This document shows positions 40,196 to 48,730 of a stretch of 64,000 bases of DNA, piece after piece. The position numbers and the translations under genes are program-made. Location of the stretch: the IMG/VR virus record IMGVR_UViG_3300020583_000224, positions 58,713 through 122,712 of that record. The stretch is one strand, 5' to 3'. Within the stretch, counting starts at the first letter, position 1. Every line of letters starts with the position of its first letter. The stretch comes from a virus. The notes beneath the pieces are model-generated. The model saw only the letters and a program-made list of their open reading frames with translations. It had not been told where the DNA came from and made no database searches.

Positions 40196-42805
40196 ATGAC
40201 CGCCACCGTGGAGTGGGTCGAATACGCCGCCCGCGCGTTCGAAGTCGTCAGGCCCCCGGCGTGGCGCGACATCGCAAGACCCGAGCAGCTCGCACCCGAG
40301 GGCGACTGGCTCGTCTGGGCGTATATCGCCGGGCGAGGTTGTGTCGCAGGCGATACTCGAATCTACCTGCCGCTTGAGGATCGGCACGAGCGGATCGACA
40401 TCCTAGCCTCAGCGGGCCGCGCAATCACGGTCCTCGCCCTGGCATCCAGTGGACCGCGTCCGGTCGCCACGGACGGCGCCCCATTCGTCAAGGGCGTCGC
40501 GCCGCTGTACGAGGTGACGACGTCCGACGGGCACGTCATCACCGCGACGGATCGGCATCGGTTCCTTGGTCCGCAAGGATGGCTGCGACTCGCTGACGTG
40601 CGCGCCGGACAGCTTCTTGCCGCAGGAGCTCCCGTTGCACAGCAGGCAGCTTCTTGCGGCCAGTCAACGTCGCCCGCAGGTGGTCCGCGTTCGACGGGAA
40701 CACCCGCAGGTTCGCCGGATCGTTGTCCGACGTGTCTCCGTTGCGATGGTCAACGACCTCTCCCGGGAGCAGCATTCGGCCTAGTTCGCGTTCCATCACC
40801 AAGCGGTGCATCCGCACGTACCCCTTCACTGCTTGAGGGTGGTCCGGCTGGTGCTGCAGGATGTAGCCCTGCTCATCTACCGCATAGCCTCCGCGCCAGA
40901 ACGGGTTCCGCTCCGGCCGGGCTTTCGCAGGAAGACGATCTAGTCCAAGCTCGACCAGTCGATCCCGGACCGTCTCGTCGTTACAGCCCAGCGCTGCAGC
41001 CATCTCCCGGCACGACATGCCCTGCGCATGAAGGTCGCGGAGATCGCCCTCGGGGATTTGAAGACGCCTGGCTTTCGACTGCTTTGCCCGCTGCTGCGGA
41101 GTCTTCTCGCGGCCTCGAAGCTGGACGCCAGCCCGCTCAAGACGCCGCTGCACGGTCTGGTGCGACACTCCAGCGTCTTTGGCTATGCCCTTCGCCGACT
41201 CGCCAGCCTCATAGCGAGCCCGCATCTCCTCGGCGGTCAACTGCGCCAGAAACTCCTGGCGCAGCGTCACGCCGGCTTCTCGCAGTCGCCGGGCAACCGT
41301 TTGCGGTGTGGTCTGGTACTCGATCGCGATCGACCGCATCGGCTGGCCAGCCAGATACTGAGCTAGCGCCTCAGGCGGCAACGAAATCTTTGGCATGTTT
41401 GGATTGTATCGCCTGGACGCGGGTTGTGACGGTACGACCTGTAGGAACGGGCGTCTTCTACGACCTCACGGTTCCCGGTGCGGAGAACTACGCAGCCGAG
41501 GGAATGTGGCACCACAACAGCGGAAAGACGCGCTCCGCCGCCGAATGGGTCCACGAGAAGGCCACGCTCAACCCGGGCGCCCGCATTGCCCTCGTCGGCC
41601 GCACTCCGGCTGACGTCCGCGATGTCATGATCGAGGGCGAGTCGGGGATTCTTGCCTGCGCGGGCGAGGATCGCCCCATCTATGAGTCGACCAAGCGGAA
41701 GCTGACGTGGGCCAACGGGTCCACTGCGCACGCCTACTCTGCCGAAGTCCCCGACCAGCTCCGAGGCCCGCAGCACGGGTTTGCGTGGTGCGATGAGCCT
41801 GCCGCCTGGACGGATGCCCGCAAGGGCGACGTGCTCGACACGGCGTGGAACAACCTGCTGCTCGGCCTGCGTCTCGGGGCGAACCCGCAGTGCGTGGCCA
41901 CCACGACCCCGAAGCCCAACGCGCTGATCCGCACCCTGCTCGGCCGCGCCTCCACCGTCGTCAGCCGCGGCTCGACCTACGACAACCTCGCCAACCTCGC
42001 GCCCTCCTTCCGCGAGCACGTGCTCGCCACCTATGAGGGCACCAGGATCGGCCGCCAGGAGCTCCTCGGCGAACTGCTCGAGGACGTCGAAGGCGCCCTG
42101 TGGACGCTCGACCGGATCGACGCTGGCCGAGTCGCGGTCGCGCCCGACATGGTGCGCGTCGTCGTAGCCGTAGACCCGTCCGGCGGATCCGGGCCCAACA
42201 ACGACGAGCAGGGCATCGTCGTCGCTGGCCTCGGCGTTGACGGCGCCCTGTACGTGCTCGCGGACCGGTCGTGCAAGCTGTCCCCGCACGGCTGGGCGTC
42301 GAGGGCGATTGCGGCTTACCGCGAGTTCGCGGCCGACCGTATCGTGGCTGAGCGCAACTTCGGCGGCGAGATGGTCGAGTCGACGATCCTCCAGGTCGAC
42401 AAACTCGTGCCCGTCAAGGTGATCACCGCATCGCGGGGCAAGGTGCAGCGCGCCGAGCCGATCGCCGCGCTCTACGAGCACACGCCCGCCCGCGTCCACC
42501 ATGTTGGGGCGCTGCCTCAACTCGAGGACCAGCTCACCACCTGGACCCCGCAGGACGGCACGAGCCCCGACAAACTCGATGCGATGGTGTGGGCCTTGAC
42601 CGAGTTGACGGATGGCCTCGGCGCGGACGCGTGGATCGAGTACATGAAGCGCCGCGCCGAAGAGGTGGGCATGCAGCCGCGCGAGCGGGCGCCAGAGGTC
42701 CTCGAACCGCCCGAGCCGCGGCGCGATCCCGAACCTGAACCGGATGACCCGGTAGCCCGCCTGCGTGCCGCCCGTACTGCCGCACTCCGCGCCCAACGCA
42801 GATAA
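40196..42805 (+). CDS. terL: Terminase large subunit precursor (869 aa; 476 aa after intein splicing)
   Basis: Spliced Walker A AGRG|SGKT; LRGPQH..AWCDE Walker B; TTTP; VAVDP; ERNFGG; SPDKLDAMVWA nuclease motifs. Confidence 0.95.
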   Translation: MTATVEWVEYAARAFEVVRPPAWRDIARPEQLAPEGDWLVWAYIAGRGCVAGDTRIYLPLEDRHERIDILASAGRAITVLALASSGPRPVATDGAPFVKGVAPLYEVTTSDGHVITATDRHRFLGPQGWLRLADVRAGQLLAAGAPVAQQAASCGQSTSPAGGPRSTGTPAGSPDRCPTCLRCDGQRPLPGAAFGLVRVPSPSGASARTPSLLEGGPAGAAGCSPAHLPHSLRARTGSAPAGLSQEDDLVQARPVDPGPSRRYSPALQPSPGTTCPAHEGRGDRPRGFEDAWLSTALPAAAESSRGLEAGRQPAQDAAARSGATLQRLWLCPSPTRQPHSEPASPRRSTAPETPGAASRRLLAVAGQPFAVWSGTRSRSTASAGQPDTELAPQAATKSLACLDCIAWTRVVTVRPVGTGVFYDLTVPGAENYAAEGMWHHNSGKTRSAAEWVHEKATLNPGARIALVGRTPADVRDVMIEGESGILACAGEDRPIYESTKRKLTWANGSTAHAYSAEVPDQLRGPQHGFAWCDEPAAWTDARKGDVLDTAWNNLLLGLRLGANPQCVATTTPKPNALIRTLLGRASTVVSRGSTYDNLANLAPSFREHVLATYEGTRIGRQELLGELLEDVEGALWTLDRIDAGRVAVAPDMVRVVVAVDPSGGSGPNNDEQGIVVAGLGVDGALYVLADRSCKLSPHGWASRAIAAYREFAADRIVAERNFGGEMVESTILQVDKLVPVKVITASRGKVQRAEPIAALYEHTPARVHHVGALPQLEDQLTTWTPQDGTSPDKLDAMVWALTELTDGLGADAWIEYMKRRAEEVGMQPRERAPEVLEPPEPRRDPEPEPDDPVARLRAARTAALRAQRR
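40539..41396 (-). CDS. HNH homing-endonuclease-like protein (3 HTH repeats + NPFWRGG + HNH) nested antisense within the intein
   Basis: YVRMHRLVMERELGRML..GEVVDHRNGDTSDNDPANLRVF; three HTH repeats. Confidence 0.9.
   Translation of the reverse strand: MPKISLPPEALAQYLAGQPMRSIAIEYQTTPQTVARRLREAGVTLRQEFLAQLTAEEMRARYEAGESAKGIAKDAGVSHQTVQRRLERAGVQLRGREKTPQQRAKQSKARRLQIPEGDLRDLHAQGMSCREMAAALGCNDETVRDRLVELGLDRLPAKARPERNPFWRGGYAVDEQGYILQHQPDHPQAVKGYVRMHRLVMERELGRMLLPGEVVDHRNGDTSDNDPANLRVFPSNADHLRATLTGRKKLPAVQRELLRQEAVRRARQRVAAILADQGTDADPSR
41403..41430 (-). promoter_or_regulatory. Leaderless-type promoter of the antisense HNH gene
   Basis: Minus strand GTCACA-16 nt-TACAAT-6 nt-ATG. Confidence 0.6.
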
Positions 42806-42817
42806 AGGGGGCCCGGC

Positions 42818-45800
42818 GTGCCCGATGTGATCACCGCTGCGGCCACGCCCAACACTCCCCGGATTCGGGTGCGTGAGCGCATCGGCGGCGGGTTCATGCG
42901 CCTCGCAAAGGTATTCGGCACCGCAGTCCCCGCGGACATTGCCGCAGCCGAGACCGCCGCCGGCATGGACTCGTCCACCCCGTTCTCCCCGGGCGCGCCC
43001 CTCTCGCCCTACGACGGATACTCGCGCACCCCGCGCAGCCAGAACTTCGTCCCCCAAGTCAACGTCACCACCCGGCCGCGCACCCACGAACGCGTCTCGT
43101 TCGAAACCCTCAAGGGCCTGATCGACGCCTACGACATCGCCACCATGGCGATCTGGCACCGCATCGACTCGCTGCGCTCCCTCGACTGGTCGCTCGTCGC
43201 GGCCGACGGATTCGAGGGCGACGTGGCCGACGCGGTCGCGATCGGCATGTCCGTGCTCGCCAAGCCCGACGGGCAAACCCCGTTCGGGGCGTGGCTCGCC
43301 GAATGGGTGTACGACATCCTCGCGTTCGACGCCGGCACCCTGTGGCGGATGCGGAACCGGGCCGGGCAGGTCGTCGGGCTGCGCGTGGTTGACGGCAGCC
43401 TGATCGCGCCGCTGCTCGACGACTGGGGCAACACGCCCCAGGCCCCGGCCCCGGCGTTCGTGCAATACATCAACGGCTTGCCGTGGAACTGGCTGACCAC
43501 GAACGACCTGATCTACAGGCCGTTCCGCAAGCGTCCCGACTCCCCGTACGGGCGGCCGCCGCTCGAGTCGATCCTGCTCAATGCGAACACCGACCTGCGG
43601 TTCCAGGCGTACTTCCTGCAGCGGTTCACCGAAGGCAACCTGCCCGCCGCGTTCGCCAGCGCCCCGGACTCGTGGACCCCGCAGCAGATCGAGCAGTTCC
43701 AGGAGTACTGGGACGGGTTCATCCTCGGCGACCAGTCGTTCAAGTCGCAGATCCGGTGGATCCCCCCCGGCTCGAAGATCGAGTGGAGCAACGAGAAAGA
43801 CTTCACCGACGCGTTCTCGCTGTTCATGATGCGCAAGACGCTCGCCGCATACCACGTGGTGCCGTCCGACATGGGCATCACCGACACCGTCAACAAGTCA
43901 ACCGGTGAAACCCAGCGCGACGTCCAGCACCGCATCGGCGACGTGCCCCTCGCCCGGCACGTCTCCGACATCCTCACCGCGTTCCTCCAAGACGACCTGC
44001 ACCTGCCCGTCAAGCACCAGTTCGACTTCGGCGAGGAACAAGACGACCGGCTCCAGTTGGCGCAAGCCGACGACATCTACATCAAGAACGGCACCGTCTC
44101 CAACTCCGACATCCGGGAACTGCGGTTCGGCCTCTCGGAGCCCGAAGGCAAGCGGGTCCCGCGGTTCGTCTACTCCAACCGCGGCGGACCCATCCCACTG
44201 TCTGCGCTCGAAGCCGTGGCGGGGCCGATCGACTTCGAATCCGGCGCCCCGCAGCCTGGCGCGCCGCTGCCGCACACCGTGTTCCAGCCCGTCGAAGGCG
44301 TCGAAGGCAACCCGCCGACCCCGCGTCCGCCGCTCGCGGTCGAGCAGTACGGTCCGGGCGCGCTGCCCGTCGCGGCACCGCAGTCCGTGCCCGCGCTGCC
44401 GGTTGCACCCGTGCAGGCCGAATTGAAGGCGGCCCCGGTCGCGAAGGACGGGCCTACTGCGGGAATCACGGCAGCGACCGGGATCACGTCCTACGACCTC
44501 GTCGGACGCCACGACGACGAAGACGACGACGAGGACGAGGCTGTCGCCAAGGAACTCGCCGCATACCGGCGTTTCGCCAAGGCCCGGCGCCGCGACGGCA
44601 GATGGCGCGACTTCCAGTTCCAGGCCGTAGACGCCGCCACCGCGCGCAGCCTCAACGAGGCCGGCCACCAGTCCGTGCTCGCCAAGCAGTCCGGCATCCC
44701 GGGACTGACCAAGCGCTCCGGCATGATCTCGCTCGACCTGCCCGCAGGCCTCGTGCCGACCGTACCGGGCGGCGTGAACGACCACCATGTGACCGTCGTG
44801 TACCTCGGTCCGGACGTGGCGAATGAAGAGTTCGACACCGCCTGCGACCGCGCCGAAGCCGCGGCAGCAGCCTGCCCCGGACCGCTCACCGGCACCATCG
44901 CAGGGATCGACACGTTCCCGCCGTCCAGCGGCAGCGATGGCAAGATTCCCGCGTTTGTGCCCGTCACGCTGCCCGGCGTCGAGCAGGTACGCGCGTCGCT
45001 CGAAGACCTCTCAGCGAGTGAGCACACCGACTACCACCCGCACGTGACGCTCGCATACCTCGACGAAGGCGACCCGCTGCCGGACCCCGTGCCGCCGACG
45101 CTCGTCACCTTCACCCACCTTACTGTGCACCGCGGCGACGAGACCCGCAGCTTCCCGCTCGGGCCGCGCATGCTCGGCCTGGCGAAGGCCGCGGCGGGAA
45201 GTGAACCGGGCCCAAAAGCTGACGCCTCCGCCAAGGAGGCGTCCAGCCACTGGCCCGGATGGGACTACGACGAGACCGCCGCAGACCACTGGGCACGGAA
45301 ACTCGCCGACGGCTACGTTGCCGCGTTGAGCGTCGCCCGGGCGCAGCGGATCGCGGCCAGCTTCCTCGCCGCGCACCCCGGCGACGGCGAGAAGCACACC
45401 AAGGCCGAAACCGCCGCGATCGCCGCAGCGCTACTCGCAGCGGCCCTCGCGCACCTCGAGGACCAAAACCTCGACCTCACCAGCGCCGCCACCGCAACAC
45501 TCCAAGGCCTCTACACCGACGCCTACCTGATCGGCGCCGCCAGCGGCAACGCAGTCATCGACGGCGGCAAGCCCGTGCTCACAGGCTGGTCGCCAGGCAA
45601 GACCGACGAAGCGCACGGGCTCATCGAGGCGCTCGCGCTCGGCACCGGCCTGTCCGCGCTGCTGCGGCGCGCGCCCGAAACCGCGGCGGCCATGTCCAGC
45701 ACGCGCATGGCCGTGCTCGCCAGCGCGCTCGCGGCAGGCGCGGCAGCCGGACAATCAGCCGCGATCATCGCAGGGTCGCTCATCGCAGTACTCAAGGCGG

Positions 45801-46045
45801 GGTGGCGGTCGCTGACCGCTGCCATCACCGAAGTCACCAGCGCATCCAGCGCAGGCGCGAGCGACGCCTACCAGAAGCGCGGCATCACCCTCTACGAGTG
45901 GGCCCTCGACCCCAGCGTCAACAACTGTCCGATCTGCATAACGAACGCCAACTCGGCGCCCCGAAAGTTCGGGCAGAAATGGCCCAGCGGCCAGGCCGCC
46001 CCGCCAATCCACGGCCGCTGCCGCTGCGCGCTCGTCCCGGCCTAG
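42818..46045 (+). CDS. Portal protein fused to a 2H phosphoesterase and a MuF/gpF-like C-terminus
   Basis: Portal motifs (DILAFDAG, SPYGRPPLE, FTEGNLP); two HVT motifs (44786, 45041); terminal W....CPIC....PPIHGRCRC. Confidence 0.88.
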   Translation: MPDVITAAATPNTPRIRVRERIGGGFMRLAKVFGTAVPADIAAAETAAGMDSSTPFSPGAPLSPYDGYSRTPRSQNFVPQVNVTTRPRTHERVSFETLKGLIDAYDIATMAIWHRIDSLRSLDWSLVAADGFEGDVADAVAIGMSVLAKPDGQTPFGAWLAEWVYDILAFDAGTLWRMRNRAGQVVGLRVVDGSLIAPLLDDWGNTPQAPAPAFVQYINGLPWNWLTTNDLIYRPFRKRPDSPYGRPPLESILLNANTDLRFQAYFLQRFTEGNLPAAFASAPDSWTPQQIEQFQEYWDGFILGDQSFKSQIRWIPPGSKIEWSNEKDFTDAFSLFMMRKTLAAYHVVPSDMGITDTVNKSTGETQRDVQHRIGDVPLARHVSDILTAFLQDDLHLPVKHQFDFGEEQDDRLQLAQADDIYIKNGTVSNSDIRELRFGLSEPEGKRVPRFVYSNRGGPIPLSALEAVAGPIDFESGAPQPGAPLPHTVFQPVEGVEGNPPTPRPPLAVEQYGPGALPVAAPQSVPALPVAPVQAELKAAPVAKDGPTAGITAATGITSYDLVGRHDDEDDDEDEAVAKELAAYRRFAKARRRDGRWRDFQFQAVDAATARSLNEAGHQSVLAKQSGIPGLTKRSGMISLDLPAGLVPTVPGGVNDHHVTVVYLGPDVANEEFDTACDRAEAAAAACPGPLTGTIAGIDTFPPSSGSDGKIPAFVPVTLPGVEQVRASLEDLSASEHTDYHPHVTLAYLDEGDPLPDPVPPTLVTFTHLTVHRGDETRSFPLGPRMLGLAKAAAGSEPGPKADASAKEASSHWPGWDYDETAADHWARKLADGYVAALSVARAQRIAASFLAAHPGDGEKHTKAETAAIAAALLAAALAHLEDQNLDLTSAATATLQGLYTDAYLIGAASGNAVIDGGKPVLTGWSPGKTDEAHGLIEALALGTGLSALLRRAPETAAAMSSTRMAVLASALAAGAAAGQSAAIIAGSLIAVLKAGWRSLTAAITEVTSASSAGASDAYQKRGITLYEWALDPSVNNCPICITNANSAPRKFGQKWPSGQAAPPIHGRCRCALVPA

Positions 46046-46086
46046 ACCACGGCGAGGGCCATCTAGCCTGAGGAACGGGGGCGCCC

Positions 46087-46659
46087 ATGTGCCTATCGTG
46101 CGGATGTGGCTTGACGGAGAACGACCACGGCGACCCGCGGCACCTGACCCTCGCAGCTCTGCAAGCCGCAGCCGACGCGTCCGGCGTCAGCCTCGCCGTC
46201 GCCGCATCGAACATCCTGCGCACCGTCACCGGGACGCTCGGCGACGACGAGCCGCAGGACGGCCCCCCCGACCAGTTCCTATATGGGGTTGCATACCAGG
46301 CGGGCCCCGATCCACGGATCCGGATGGGCGCGGACGGCGGCCGAGACTACTTCGCTCCGCGATCTCTGGAGCTAGCTGCATGGTCATTCATGTTGGGTGG
46401 CCACCAGCACGGCCTGTTCCACGCCGACGGTACCGAAGGCGCGGCGCGAACCGTCGAATCGGGCATCTACCGGAACCCGATCCCGTGGGTCATCGACGAC
46501 GACCTGATCGTGCGTAAGGGCGACTGGACGATTGGGGTCCTTGTGGACGACGAGGGCTGGGCCTTGCACAAGCAGGGGAAGATCGGCGGCCTGTCGCCGC
46601 AGGGTGGCGGCAAGCGACGGCGCCCCAAGCCCCGCTCCAATCCTTTCGGCATCACGTAG
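46087..46659 (+). CDS. XkdF-like putative prohead protease
   Basis: YGVAY...D.F...LELAAWSF...GLFH...VES...KGDW.IGV...W...KQGKIGGLS.QG. Confidence 0.8.
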   Translation: MCLSCGCGLTENDHGDPRHLTLAALQAAADASGVSLAVAASNILRTVTGTLGDDEPQDGPPDQFLYGVAYQAGPDPRIRMGADGGRDYFAPRSLELAAWSFMLGGHQHGLFHADGTEGAARTVESGIYRNPIPWVIDDDLIVRKGDWTIGVLVDDEGWALHKQGKIGGLSPQGGGKRRRPKPRSNPFGIT

Positions 46660-46669
46660 GAGCTGAGCC

Positions 46670-48649
46670 ATGACCGAAGAGATCCCCGAGGACATGACTG
46701 AGATCTACGACGCTGACGTCCCGCGCGTGGACCTCGTTGGCGCCGCAGCCAATGGAATTCCCCGGTTCCTGATCGCGAAGGGCCAGGACGGTGCCGGACT
46801 CTTCGACCCGGGCTATGTGCGCAACCTGATCGCTAAGTCGGAACCCGAGACCACGGAGACGGTGACCATGAGCGGTAGTCCCGCGGCGATCGCGGCCCTC
46901 ATCCACGGCGCGCCCGTCCGCAAGGCCGAGACGCCTGCGGCCGAGGACGACGTGGCCAAGGCTGAGGCCTCTACCAAGTCGATGAACGACCGACCTGACA
47001 GCGACTTCGCGTACGTGGAGCCCGGCGGCAAGAAGGACGAGTCCGGCAAGACTGTGCCGCGCTCGCTGCGCCACTTCCCGATCTACGACGCCGCGCACGT
47101 CCGCAACGCCCTGTCGCGGGCACCGCAGTCCCCGTTCGGCGACAAGGCCATGCCCAAGATTCGGGCCGCAGCCAAGAAGTTCGACATCGACGTGTCCAAG
47201 GAGACCGCCGCAGCCCCCGAGCAGACCGAGGTGACGAAGGACATGGACATGCCGATGGACGACGAAGGCGGCATGGACCCGACCGTCGTCCTCGCCGAAC
47301 CCGAGGAGACGCCCGACGGCGACGCCGGCGACCCCGGATCCCCGGCGTGGGAGGCGATCGACGCGGCCACCGCCCGCAAGTGGACCGCCATCGCAGCCCG
47401 CCTCCGCAGCGCCCTCGGCGTCATGGCCGACCGCGAATCCCTCGAGGCCGCGACCGTCGACCCCGACGACGCCGAAGCCGCCATGGACCTCGACGACGCG
47501 GCATGCGCCGTCGACTACGTCATCGACACGCTCGCCGGGTTCGCCGTAGACGAGCAGGCCGAAGCCGACGACGCCGTCATGGCGATGGTCGGCAAGTCCA
47601 TCGGCGCCCTCGACACCGCGCACCTCGACACCGTCGAATCCCTCGGTGCCGTACGCAAGGCCGGCCGCACCCTGTCCGCGAGCAACGAATCCGCGCTGCG
47701 GCAGGCGATCCAGGCCCTACAGCAGATCCTCGCGAGCCTCCCGGCCGCACCCGTCACGAAGGAGGCCGGGGAGCCGGTCGCCAAGACCGCCAACGAGGAG
47801 AGCGATATGCCGACCCCCACCCCGTCCGAAGACGTCACCGCAGCGTCCGGCCAGGAGCCCGCCATGGGCGCCGCGTCGCTCGAGCCGAAGCCCGTCGCCG
47901 GACAGGCCGTCACCGAGATGGCCAAGGCCGCCGAGCCCGCGCCGGTCGCCAAGGCCGAGAAGACCCCGCAGGTCGCGATCTACGACGCCAACGGCAACCT
48001 CGTCGGCACCGTCGACCCGGCTGAGATCACCATGCTCGCCCCCGCCAAGGCCCCCGAGGCCGCCGCCAAGGCCGACGACGGCGCGATGCCGGAAGAGCCC
48101 GCCGCACCCGCGGCCGAGGCCCCCGCCGCCACCCCCACAGACCTGACGCCCGCCCCCGCGGCGTCCGTCGGCACCCCCGCCGACGCAGTACCGGCCGACG
48201 ACGACACCGTCGCCAAGGCCGCCGACACCAGCACCACCGAGGACCCGCAGAACGTGCTCAAGGGCAGCATCACGGAACTGGTCAAGGCAGCGTACGCCGA
48301 GCAGAGCGCCCCCACGGGCGAGCTCATCAAGTCGCTGGAGGACCGGAACCGCAAGCTGGAGGAGCAGAACGCGGCACTCGTGAAGCACACCGCCGCCCTC
48401 GAGGAGCGGCTCACGAAGGTCGAAAACCAGCCCGCCGTCATGGCCATCGCGTCCAACGGCGCCATCCCGCCCGCGCACCTCATGCGCGGCCAGGACCACG
48501 GCGCGCCCGCCGACATCAGCAAGGCCCAGGCCCTGCGCACGGCGTTCAAGGCGACCGACGACGCGCCCACGCAGCAGTCCCTCGCCCGCGACATGAACGC
48601 CCTCGCGATCGAGCAGCTGCAGGCCATCCACGCGGCAGGCCCGCGCTAA
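46670..48649 (+). CDS. Scaffold-like acidic protein containing a DUF6582-like domain
   Basis: PDSDFAYVE...RHFPIYDAAHVRNAL; KAGRTLSASN; C-terminal coiled coil; position before the capsid gene. Confidence 0.65.
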   Translation: MTEEIPEDMTEIYDADVPRVDLVGAAANGIPRFLIAKGQDGAGLFDPGYVRNLIAKSEPETTETVTMSGSPAAIAALIHGAPVRKAETPAAEDDVAKAEASTKSMNDRPDSDFAYVEPGGKKDESGKTVPRSLRHFPIYDAAHVRNALSRAPQSPFGDKAMPKIRAAAKKFDIDVSKETAAAPEQTEVTKDMDMPMDDEGGMDPTVVLAEPEETPDGDAGDPGSPAWEAIDAATARKWTAIAARLRSALGVMADRESLEAATVDPDDAEAAMDLDDAACAVDYVIDTLAGFAVDEQAEADDAVMAMVGKSIGALDTAHLDTVESLGAVRKAGRTLSASNESALRQAIQALQQILASLPAAPVTKEAGEPVAKTANEESDMPTPTPSEDVTAASGQEPAMGAASLEPKPVAGQAVTEMAKAAEPAPVAKAEKTPQVAIYDANGNLVGTVDPAEITMLAPAKAPEAAAKADDGAMPEEPAAPAAEAPAATPTDLTPAPAASVGTPADAVPADDDTVAKAADTSTTEDPQNVLKGSITELVKAAYAEQSAPTGELIKSLEDRNRKLEEQNAALVKHTAALEERLTKVENQPAVMAIASNGAIPPAHLMRGQDHGAPADISKAQALRTAFKATDDAPTQQSLARDMNALAIEQLQAIHAAGPR

Positions 48650-48672
48650 CTGGCGCACCTCCAGCCCACCCC

Positions 48673-48709
48673 GAAGCCCCCGTAGACGCCGCGCGTCCGG
48701 GGGCTTTCG
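48673..48709 (+). terminator. Hairpin between scaffold and capsid genes
   Basis: AAGCCCC...GGGGCTTT. Confidence 0.5.
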
Positions 48710-48730
48710 CATGCCCGAAAGAAGGCACAC

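Larger units (their letters stand above)
40340..41518 (+). mobile_element. Intein (393 aa) inserted in the TerL Walker A motif
   Basis: Block A CVAGDTRI, block B ITATDRHRFL, block F VFYDLTV, block G WHHN followed by extein Ser. Confidence 0.95.

Noticed and set aside
40340-41518. Group I intron or frameshifted terL as the explanation for the insertion
   Set aside because: The insertion is in frame (1179 nt) and all protein-splicing motifs are present
46657-46672. Read-through fusion of protease and scaffold genes
   Set aside because: The ORFs are not in frame and the scaffold has its own AGGAG RBS
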